A stretch of 64,000 nt of DNA from Trueperaceae bacterium (GTDB lineage Bacteria > Deinococcota > Deinococci > Deinococcales > Trueperaceae), in the NCBI GenBank assembly GCA_965215565.1, contig CBDCDZ010000004.1:1088001-1152000 (forward strand), in the 5' to 3' direction. Shown here piece by piece: positions 50,583-56,957 of the stretch; the first letter of the stretch is position 1; each line of letters starts with the position of its first letter. Both the position numbers and the translations under genes were made by a program. Below the pieces are notes generated by a model. It was given only the letters and a program-made list of their open reading frames with translations. It did no database searches and was not told the origin of the DNA.

Positions 50583-50960
50583 ATGAAGAAAGGAGCAGGT
50601 CAAGCTTTTACGTTAGTTGAGTTACTTATCGTTATTGCTATTATCGGCGCTTTAGCAGCAGTTATGGTTCCAAATCTTCTACAAGCTCGCCATGCCGCTC
50701 AAGACCGTGCCACGCAAGCTTACGTTTACCAAGTGGTGCAAGGCGTTGAGGCAAAACGAGATTCAGTTGGACAGAGAATACCCTCAGTAGCAGCCTGTAA
50801 TGTATTTGCAGTTTTGATTACTGACCCTAAAAGCAGTGTTAAGCGATGCAAATATGTACCTGATGCTTCTACAGAAACTTACAAGATCACAGCAGAGAGC
50901 TTTTCAGGTAAGATATTCCAGTTTAACGGTGAAGAAATCGTTATTGCACCAAGCTACTAA
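50583..50960 (+). CDS. Second type IV pilin
   Basis: QA/FTLVELLIVIAIIG; two Cys; AT-rich codons. Confidence 0.9.
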   Translation: MKKGAGQAFTLVELLIVIAIIGALAAVMVPNLLQARHAAQDRATQAYVYQVVQGVEAKRDSVGQRIPSVAACNVFAVLITDPKSSVKRCKYVPDASTETYKITAESFSGKIFQFNGEEIVIAPSY

Positions 50961-50985
50961 GCACCTCATCACCCTGTAAATTCCA

Positions 50986-51048
50986 GGCGGCTTCTTTAGC
51001 CGTCTTTTTTCTTATCTTTAGGTCATCTCGCTGTATCATAAACCCGTG
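50986..51048 (+). repeat. TA-array repeat copy 1 (3' half diverged)
   Basis: GGCGGCTTCTTTAGCCGTCTTTTTT, then TATCAT-6nt-GTG in place of TATCCT-6nt-ATG. Confidence 0.75.
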
Positions 51049-51062
51049 CGCATTTTCTTACG

Positions 51063-51332
51063 CTAAACCCTTTTGTAAACCTCTCGCCTATGCCCAACAA
51101 AGAATAGAGTCAACACTCTTTGCTCGTCATTGAGTTTGTAGACTGCGCGGTAGCTCCCTACGCGGAGTTTATAAAAACCTTTGAGGTCGGCGCTGAGCGC
51201 TTCGGGTTTGACGTTGCTCAGGTTCTCTGAAAGCTATCTAACTTTATTAAGGATGCGCTGAGCAACAGTGCGGTCTAGCGAAGCGAGGTCTTTTTGAGCT
51301 TCAGGTCGAAACGCAACCCCGTAGGGCGTCAC
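51063..51332 (-). pseudogene. relE: RelE/ParE-family toxin with in-frame TAG at codon 33
   Basis: Manual translation: MTPYGVAFRPEAQKDLASLDRTVAQRILNKVR*LSENL...FYKLRVGSYRAVY...VGHRREVYKRV; GTG overlaps antitoxin TGA. Confidence 0.85.
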
Positions 51333-51526
51333 CAGGAGAGCCCCAACTCCTCAGCGACGTCTTCGGCGGGAACGCTGGGTTCATTCGAGGTTTGAAGTCG
51401 CGCTTTCAGTGCGTCGCGGAGTTCGAGACCTTCGTCGGGGTCGCCTACAAGGTCCTCGAGCGCTTCCTCCACAGATTCTCGGACGAGCGCTTTGAACTGT
51501 TCGGGGGTAAAGTCTGAAACCTTCAT
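51329..51526 (-). CDS. Acidic antitoxin upstream of RelE-like toxin
   Basis: MKVSDFTPEQFKALV...DPDEGLELR...EDVAEELGLSW; TATAAT 7 nt upstream of ATG. Confidence 0.8.
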   Translation of the reverse strand: MKVSDFTPEQFKALVRESVEEALEDLVGDPDEGLELRDALKARLQTSNEPSVPAEDVAEELGLSW

Positions 51527-51537
51527 CAGCACCATTA

Positions 51538-51648
51538 TAGCAGGTATCATCTGGTTTGAGCCAATCTCACTAGGTAAAACGTCGCGTAGCACGCACTTTA
51601 GGAGATGATATCTGCGTGATTCAAGCTCAGTACTTCTGATAACCGCTA
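51538..51648 (+). mobile_element. MITE-like element (111 bp)
   Basis: TAGCAGGTATCATCTGG ... AACCGCTA; same length as and colinear with 31146-31256. Confidence 0.75.
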
Positions 51649-51668
51649 TATAACACCCTATTACTCCA

Positions 51669-51763
51669 GGCGGCTTCTTTAGCCGTCTTTTTCTTTGGCT
51701 TTTAGCCGCCGCGGGGCGTGCTATCCTAAGCGTATGAGCACCTTTGAGCGAACCGCGGTAGAG
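51669..51763 (+). repeat. TA-array repeat copy 2
   Basis: GGCGGCTTCTTTAGCCGTCTTTTTCTTTGGCTTTTAGCCGCC...GTGCTATCCTAAGCGTATGAGCACCTTTGAGCGAA. Confidence 0.92.
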
Positions 51764-51786
51764 CTTGAAAATGTTAGACTCCAGAG

Positions 51787-52044
51787 ATGAAGGTCAGGCA
51801 GTTTTCGATGAGGCTCTATCTGCAAAAGGCGTTACAGCTTGCCGAGTACGAGCGTGACGAAGATGGCGTGGTCGTGGCGCGTGTGCCTGGCGCAGACGGG
51901 TTTTACGCGCAGGGCGAGAGCGTGGAAGAGGCACGTTCGGAGCTTGCGGATGTTGTTGAAGGTAATGTGCTGCTCGCGTTGCAGCTCGGTTTAGAGGTTC
52001 CAAAACTTCCAGATATTGAATTCTTGGAACAAGACGTTGCCTAA
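51787..52044 (+). CDS. hicB: HicB-family antitoxin
   Basis: VARVPGADGFYAQGESVEEARSELADV HicB-like pattern. Confidence 0.85.
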   Translation: MKVRQFSMRLYLQKALQLAEYERDEDGVVVARVPGADGFYAQGESVEEARSELADVVEGNVLLALQLGLEVPKLPDIEFLEQDVA

Positions 52045-52258
52045 GCTGACGCCTCTTAAAAGTCGAGAGGTTATCCGAAAACTTCACAAGCTGGGCTTCG
52101 AGGGACCGTTTCCCGGTGGGCGACACTCTCGGATGGTGAAGCGCGAAACGGGACAAATCGTACCGATTCCGATTCACAGTAAAGAGGTCGGCGTGGGGCT
52201 GATTCGTGAGATTATCCGGCAGGTTGGTATCAGCCGCGACGAATGGATAGCGTTGTAA
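52037..52258 (+). CDS. hicA: HicA-family toxin
   Basis: REVIRKLHKLGF, GGRH, VPIPIH..EVGVGLIREIIRQVG; TTG start overlapping hicB end. Confidence 0.88.
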   Translation: MPKLTPLKSREVIRKLHKLGFEGPFPGGRHSRMVKRETGQIVPIPIHSKEVGVGLIREIIRQVGISRDEWIAL

Positions 52259-52264
52259 ATTCCG

Positions 52265-52354
52265 GGCGGCTTCTTTAGCCGTCTTTTTCTTTGGCTTTTA
52301 GCCGCCACGGGGTGTGCTATCCTAAGCGTATGAGCGCGCCCGAGCGAAGTGCGT
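52265..52354 (+). repeat. TA-array repeat copy 3
   Basis: Near-identical core to copy 2; TATCCT 52318, ATG 52330. Confidence 0.92.
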
Positions 52355-52360
52355 TATCTA

Positions 52361-52741
52361 TTACCAGAGCCGCTTAATCGCGTAGGCGTCTAATGTCGCG
52401 TCTTTGCTTAGCAGCGGCAGTTTTTCATGAATACATTGCGCGACGAGGGTGCGGTCAAAGGGGTCACGGTGGTGAAAAGGGAGCGATGAGAGGATGTCTA
52501 GGTGTTCAGGCGTGATGGGCAGAAGTTCGAAGCCCAAACTCAAGGCTTCACCAACAAGCGCCGAAATGGGCGTGTCAAGCTCGAGCTTGCCGACAGAGAC
52601 CTTGATGGAAATTTCCCACGGACTGACGATGCTCAGCACAGGTTGATTCTCACCCTCTAAAATCTCAGCGGCGTACTCGCTCAGCCTAGCGTCATCCGTG
52701 CTGTACCAGAGGAAAGTATGGGTGTCGAGGATAAACCTCAT
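52361..52741 (-). CDS. vapC: VapC / PIN-domain toxin
   Basis: ILDTHTFLW, SIVSPWEI, HRDPFDR..VAQ, LSKD. Confidence 0.92.
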   Translation of the reverse strand: MRFILDTHTFLWYSTDDARLSEYAAEILEGENQPVLSIVSPWEISIKVSVGKLELDTPISALVGEALSLGFELLPITPEHLDILSSLPFHHRDPFDRTLVAQCIHEKLPLLSKDATLDAYAIKRLW

Positions 52742-52974
52742 TCGGGTAGGTAATTCTCAAAGCCTTCGGGGATGTCCTTGAAGTCTTCAGCGATCCGAAT
52801 TTTGCCTTTCGCAAAGCCTAGCCCGCCCCGTTTGTGTTTCTCTAACCGCTTGCGCTCAAGCGCTGTCTTGTGAAGCAAGAACTCTGCAAAGTCCTGTACT
52901 TCTCGCTGTTGCGGCTCTGGTAACTGGGGCAAGAGGTCATTGACCGCCTCGATGCTTGTTTTTTGATCAGCCAT
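52738..52974 (-). CDS. DUF2281-like (VapB-type) antitoxin
   Basis: LPEPQQREVQDFAEFL...GFAKGKIRIAEDF; ATGA overlap with vapC; TAAACT 6 nt upstream of ATG. Confidence 0.82.
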   Translation of the reverse strand: MADQKTSIEAVNDLLPQLPEPQQREVQDFAEFLLHKTALERKRLEKHKRGGLGFAKGKIRIAEDFKDIPEGFENYLPE

Positions 52975-53004
52975 AGGAGAAGTTTACTCCATTTTGCTTG
53001 TTTG

Positions 53005-53097
53005 GGCGGCTTTTCGCTGTCTTTTTCTTTGGCTTTCAGCCGCCATTAGGCGTGCTATCCTAAGCGTATGAGCACCTTTGAGCGAATCGCGGTAGAG
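53005..53097 (+). repeat. TA-array repeat copy 4 (ATG is the start of the downstream antitoxin)
   Basis: GGCGGCTTTTCGCTGTCTTTTT...GTGCTATCCTAAGCGTATG at 53068. Confidence 0.9.
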
Positions 53098-53274
53098 CCT
53101 GAATACATTACGGACCATGAAGGGCGCAAGACCAAGGTCGTTTTGCCTATCGAGGTATTTGAGGAACTGCTAGAAGACCTACATGACCTCTCGGTTGTCG
53201 CAGAGCGGCGTGATGAGCCTCTTCTTGCTTGGGAAGATGTGAAGCGTGACTTAGAGGAAGATGGCGCGTTATAG
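53068..53274 (+). CDS. RelB/Phd-like antitoxin
   Basis: YITDHEGRKTKVVLPIEVFEELLEDLHDL...WEDVKRDL; overlaps RelE gene. Confidence 0.82.
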   Translation: MSTFERIAVEPEYITDHEGRKTKVVLPIEVFEELLEDLHDLSVVAERRDEPLLAWEDVKRDLEEDGAL

Positions 53275-53527
53275 GCTGCTTGCTCGTTCGTCTTTTCGAA
53301 AAGACCTCAAGAGGTTATCCAAAGACGTTGCCGCTCGGGTAGCGACTAAAGTTGAGCGTTTAGCCGAGGATCCTTTCCCGGCGGATAGCAAGAAATTGCA
53401 GGGTCATAAAGGGCTTTACCGTGTGCGTGTGGGCGCGTACCGAGTCGTATATGAGGTAGATCAAGAGGTCAAAATTATTGCGCTAACGTATGCGCGTCAC
53501 CGGAAGGACGTTTACCGGAACCTCTAA
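53261..53527 (+). CDS. relE: RelE/ParE-family toxin
   Basis: KDLKRL, KKLQG, YRVRVGAYRVVY, HRKDVYR. Confidence 0.9.
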   Translation: MARYRLLARSSFRKDLKRLSKDVAARVATKVERLAEDPFPADSKKLQGHKGLYRVRVGAYRVVYEVDQEVKIIALTYARHRKDVYRNL

Positions 53528-53546
53528 ACTCCCTTTGTGACTTCTG

Positions 53547-53637
53547 GGCGGCTTCTTTGGTTGCCTTTTCCTCTGCTTTTAGCCGCTACTAGGCGTGCTA
53601 TCCTAAGCGTATGAGTACGTTTGAGCGAACTGTAGTA
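53547..53637 (+). repeat. TA-array repeat copy 5
   Basis: GGCGGCTTCTTTGGTTGCCTTTT...GTGCTATCCTAAGCGTATGAGTACGTTTGAGCGAA. Confidence 0.88.
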
Positions 53638-53673
53638 AAGTCAGGGTGCAAACAGGCTTAAAGAGGGTGTTGC

Positions 53674-54003
53674 TTGGACATTCATAGCCCCGACGTTATT
53701 TTAGAACGTATCAAAGCTCAGGCGGCAGCAGACAATCTCGTTTTAACGCTCCACGCGGCGGAAGAGATGCAAGACGAGGCGGTGTTGTTAGATGAGGTCT
53801 TAGTGGCTCTAGCTGACGGCAGTGTGCTCGAAAACTACCCTACCTTTTATAAAGGTCCGTGCTGCTTAGTCTGTGGACGCGGCAGTCAGGGGCGTTATCT
53901 GCACATCGTCTGCTCGACTTCGCGCCCAAAACTCTTTATCATTACGGTGTATGAGCCGAAACCGCCGAAGTGGGTAACGCCTACCGAAAGAGGTCAGAAA
54001 TGA
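53674..54003 (+). CDS. DUF4258-family putative toxin
   Basis: TLHAAEEM, ENYP...PCCLVCG, LHIVC, IITVYEP...W. Confidence 0.82.
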   Translation: MDIHSPDVILERIKAQAAADNLVLTLHAAEEMQDEAVLLDEVLVALADGSVLENYPTFYKGPCCLVCGRGSQGRYLHIVCSTSRPKLFIITVYEPKPPKWVTPTERGQK

Positions 54004-54233
54004 ACTGCCGAATGGAATGCCCTGGAAGCTACGAACCCAAAACGATCCTCTTTCGCGGCAAGCAGAAGGACGAAACGGTTATGATTGATGACGTACCCGC
54101 TTTGGTTTGTCAGGTGTGCGGCGATACGGTTTTAGAACCTGATGTGGTGCGGCATATCGAAGAACTGTTGCACTCTGAGGAAGAGCCGAGCAAGCAGTAT
54201 CCCGTTTTTACATTTGCACAAAAAGCTGCTTAG
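54000..54233 (+). CDS. YgiT-type zinc-finger protein (MqsA-N-like antitoxin)
   Basis: MNCRMEC...DVPALVCQVCGD; ATGA overlap with DUF4258 gene. Confidence 0.82.
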   Translation: MNCRMECPGSYEPKTILFRGKQKDETVMIDDVPALVCQVCGDTVLEPDVVRHIEELLHSEEEPSKQYPVFTFAQKAA

Positions 54234-54257
54234 CACCTCATCATCCCGTGAATTTCG

Positions 54258-54351
54258 GACGGCTTCTTTAGCCGTCTTTTTCCTTGGCTTTTAGCCGCCA
54301 CTAGGCGTGCTATCCTAAGCGTGTGAGCACGCCCAAGCGAAGTGCGGTAGA
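54258..54351 (+). repeat. TA-array repeat copy 6
   Basis: GACGGCTTCTTTAGCCGTCTTTTT...GTGCTATCCTAAGCGTGTGAGCAC. Confidence 0.92.
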
Positions 54352-54385
54352 ATCGGAATATAAACAGGCTTAAAGAGGTTGTTGC

Positions 54386-54601
54386 TTGGATTAGCAGGTA
54401 TCATCTGGTCAGAGTGTACGAAGTTTTGCGAAGCAACACTCTCACTTTGTGAAACGCTGTTTCACTGCGTGAAAACTTCGTAATTAGCACGTAACTTTAA
54501 GGGATGAAATCCCGCTAGTCCTACGGACAGAGACCTGCGTTCAACTGTCTCAGGGTGTCGTGAAACTGCTAGATGTTTATAGTCCTGACGTCATCTTAGA
54601 C
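54386..54601 (+). pseudogene. 5' relic of a second DUF4258-like gene interrupted by MITE
   Basis: Removing MITE and one GAT gives LDVYSPDVILD vs LDIHSPDVILE at 53674; upstream AAACAGGCTTAAAGAGG shared. Confidence 0.65.
54392..54571 (+). mobile_element. MITE-like element (180 bp) with 3-bp target duplication GAT
   Basis: gat|TAGCAGGTATCATCTGG ... TGAAACTGCTA|gat. Confidence 0.82.
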
Positions 54602-54610
54602 CAAAGCAAG

Positions 54611-54640
54611 AGCCCCACACTTGGCGGGGCTTCTCTTTTT
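54611..54640. terminator. Terminator between array and tRNA operon
   Basis: AGCCCC...GGGGCT followed by TCTCTTTTT. Confidence 0.6.
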
Positions 54641-54662
54641 CCGTCCCTCACGGCTTCTCTTT

Positions 54663-54737
54663 TGGTAGGCGCGGGCAGGATTGAACTGCCGACCTCCACA
54701 GTGTCAGTGTGGCGCTCTCCCACTGAGCTACGCGCCT
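54663..54737 (-). tRNA. tRNA-Val (GAC)
   Basis: Cloverleaf AGGCGCG acceptor, CCACA-CTGACAC-TGTGG anticodon arm, GTTCAA T-loop, CCA end. Confidence 0.95.
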
Positions 54738-54808
54738 ATACAAATAACTGGTTCTAAATTGACTTATGAGGTATCACCTTTTTGACGAGATGATACCTCC
54801 AAGCTTTT

Positions 54809-54883
<75 letters not shown>

Positions 54884-54893
54884 AAGGAAGAAG

Positions 54894-54922
54894 AGGATAT
54901 CACGCCGAAAAAAGGGTGTCAA
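54894..54922 (-). promoter_or_regulatory. Sigma70-type promoter of tRNA operon
   Basis: TTGACA-17nt-TATCCT on minus strand, with TG extended -10. Confidence 0.8.
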
Positions 54923-55247
54923 CGCTAGGGGCGACGCCCCCAAGAAACCGTGAGCAACCCCCCAAAAACGGGGCAGCCCCCACGGATGTAGTGTTACAAA
55001 TTGTTTCTCTGTTTTGTTACAAATTATTTTTCGCGGAACTTGCATGTGAAAGAAGCGAAAGAAGTCGTATTCTTGCGTGAGAGAGCGTAATTCTGCCGGA
55101 GCGCTAGCGTGAAATAGTGGAATCATGAGAAACCCTCCGAAATGGGGTTCAGAGGGACAGTGTTGCAAATTAAATTGTTACAGATGGACAAAAATAGGGC
55201 TAAAACAGGCTGAATTCAGATACCCACCTTAAAATCGAAAGCGAAGG

Positions 55248-55949
55248 CTACTCGTCGTGAATGATGCGGGTTATGCGCCCGACGATCTCATCGACGCGGT
55301 CGATCTGGATGACGCTAGGTGTGCCGTTGGTGTGGGTGACGTTGCCGGACTGGAGGAAGCGTCCGAACTGATCGTCCTTTAGGACCTTGCAGACGTAGCC
55401 GTCATCGCGCAAACGCGCGACTACAGCGCTATTCGCGTGCCCTTTGTCGTTGCGGTTCACGACGACGGTGTCGCCGTGGTAGATGGGGCTCTTGCCCGCC
55501 TCCATCGAGTCGCCACGGATGCGAAACGCGACTAAATCTTTTCCCCGCGCGAAGCCCTCCTCTACCCAAATAACCTCGTCTAGGACGACTTCGTGCCGGT
55601 CTGGACCTGCGCCGACCCACCCTGCAACACTGACTCTGACCTGCGTAGGGCGCAGCGTATCCGCGCCTGGGGCATCTGGCTCTACGAGGTAGACAAGTTC
55701 ATGTGTAGGCACCTCCAGCGCCTCTGCAAGCTGCATCAGAAAGGCTAGGCTAGGTACCTTCCAGGCGTGTGGCGCGGACTCTGGACGCCCTCTTACAAGC
55801 TCGTACAGCGTACTCTTTCCTAGCCCGAAGTGTCTAGCGAACTGCGTTATGTTCTCAATCCCCAATTCTCGCATCCGAGTCGTTATGAGATGGTTGAGTG
55901 GTCCCCTAAGTTTTTTGACCGCTGTCTTTTTTGCTTGTAGTCTTTCCAT
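55248..55949 (-). CDS. CI/LexA-like repressor (XRE HTH + S24 peptidase)
   Basis: HTH ITQFARHFGLGKSTLYELVRG; VGAG cleavage site, GDSM Ser, VCK Lys; TACACT 7 nt upstream of ATG. Confidence 0.88.
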   Translation of the reverse strand: MERLQAKKTAVKKLRGPLNHLITTRMRELGIENITQFARHFGLGKSTLYELVRGRPESAPHAWKVPSLAFLMQLAEALEVPTHELVYLVEPDAPGADTLRPTQVRVSVAGWVGAGPDRHEVVLDEVIWVEEGFARGKDLVAFRIRGDSMEAGKSPIYHGDTVVVNRNDKGHANSAVVARLRDDGYVCKVLKDDQFGRFLQSGNVTHTNGTPSVIQIDRVDEIVGRITRIIHDE

Positions 55950-55973
55950 GAAGGCAAGTGTAAAGAAAATCAC

Positions 55974-56002
55974 TTGACTTGTCCAGAGGTTTGGAATAAG
56001 CT
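55974..56002 (+). promoter_or_regulatory. Promoter of Cro-like gene
   Basis: TTGACT-17nt-TAAGCT; TCCA...TGGA inverted motif in the spacer. Confidence 0.6.
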
Positions 56003-56031
56003 TTGACTACGTTTTGGAAAAGGAGGCGTTA

Positions 56032-56262
56032 GTGTTACACAAGAGGATTCAAAAAAGGAGCGAGGAATTAGGGCTAAACCAGAGCGATTTAGCCCGTCGC
56101 TCAGGGCTCTCGACGTCGTATATAGGCTATATCTGGCATGGTGTACACGGAAGGAACATGAGTTATCAGACCATGTTGAAGTTAAAGAAAGCGTTAAGAG
56201 TGCCCCTCTCTTTTTTCTCTGAAGATGACGTAGTTTTGGAAAAACGGCATGTCGAGGTTTAG
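56032..56262 (+). CDS. Cro-like XRE HTH protein
   Basis: AGGAGG RBS + GTG; LNQSDLARRSGLSTSYIGYI. Confidence 0.85.
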   Translation: MLHKRIQKRSEELGLNQSDLARRSGLSTSYIGYIWHGVHGRNMSYQTMLKLKKALRVPLSFFSEDDVVLEKRHVEV

Positions 56263-56698
56263 CTCGGAAAGGGGGGTGAGCCTCTTAACGACCCGAGAGT
56301 GTGGACAGTTGTTTCGCAAAACGGTAAAGACGATTAAGCGAGCAATGAAGCGTAACGACGTTTATGTCGAGTACCACATGATTCCCTTTGGGCGCGGCTC
56401 GAGTCGCACTGCTTACATCGACCCCTCCACGCTTCCCTTCGAGCGAAGTGAGCAGAGGAACGAAACACACTTTCGTTCCAAAGGCGTTTTGGCAGAGGGA
56501 CATTTTGAGCGCTTAGCAGAGGGACACGCCCGAGTAGAAGGACATTTAGAATTTAGTCCGCCTGAAACGCAAAAACGCAAGGAAAAGACCCAAGACAGCA
56601 CTGCTGTTCACGCCGGGGGGCTCGGAGGTCTAGCAGCGGCTGCCGCGCAACGCTACCCCGCACGTATCAGTTTACATGACGCACGCGCCTCTTCATAG
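56249..56698 (+). CDS. Hypothetical protein, possible N-terminal HTH (excisionase-like)
   Basis: LLTTRECGQLFRKTVKTIKR; overlaps Cro-like gene; C-terminal part may be spurious. Confidence 0.5.
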   Translation: MSRFSSERGVSLLTTRECGQLFRKTVKTIKRAMKRNDVYVEYHMIPFGRGSSRTAYIDPSTLPFERSEQRNETHFRSKGVLAEGHFERLAEGHARVEGHLEFSPPETQKRKEKTQDSTAVHAGGLGGLAAAAAQRYPARISLHDARASS

Positions 56699-56762
56699 CG
56701 CCTTGCCCTAATTTGACTATCCACCTTACACGTTACCTTAAATTTTAAGGTACAATACTTTT

Positions 56763-56957
56763 ATGGAAAACTTCACACTCCTGAGCGAAGCTATTACGCC
56801 AGAGATTGCCGTGCTCCTCCGGGCGGCGTTCGTCGCGGCGCTCCTCTTCGGGCTCGAGACGCTCGGCAACGCGAGACGCAAAGCGGCGCGCGCAGAGGTA
56901 ACACAAGCAGAGCGCCCCGAGAGGCGACTCGTAAAAAAGCGGATCGTCAAAGCTTAA
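56763..56957 (+). CDS. Small membrane protein
   Basis: TACAAT 6 nt upstream of ATG; single hydrophobic segment and basic tail. Confidence 0.6.
   Translation: MENFTLLSEAITPEIAVLLRAAFVAALLFGLETLGNARRKAARAEVTQAERPERRLVKKRIVKA

Noticed and set aside
51234..51236. Programmed TAG read-through (pyrrolysine or recoding) in relE
   Set aside because: TAG is used as a normal stop elsewhere in the window; a point mutation is simpler.
50986..54351. CRISPR array interpretation of the regularly spaced repeats
   Set aside because: Repeats are ~95 bp, intervals are 450-650 bp gene pairs, and no cas genes are present.
50986..54351. Canonical integron or pdif module array
   Set aside because: No attC R''/R' boxes or 11-6-11 dif pattern visible and no IntI/Xer gene in the window; kept only as an analogy.
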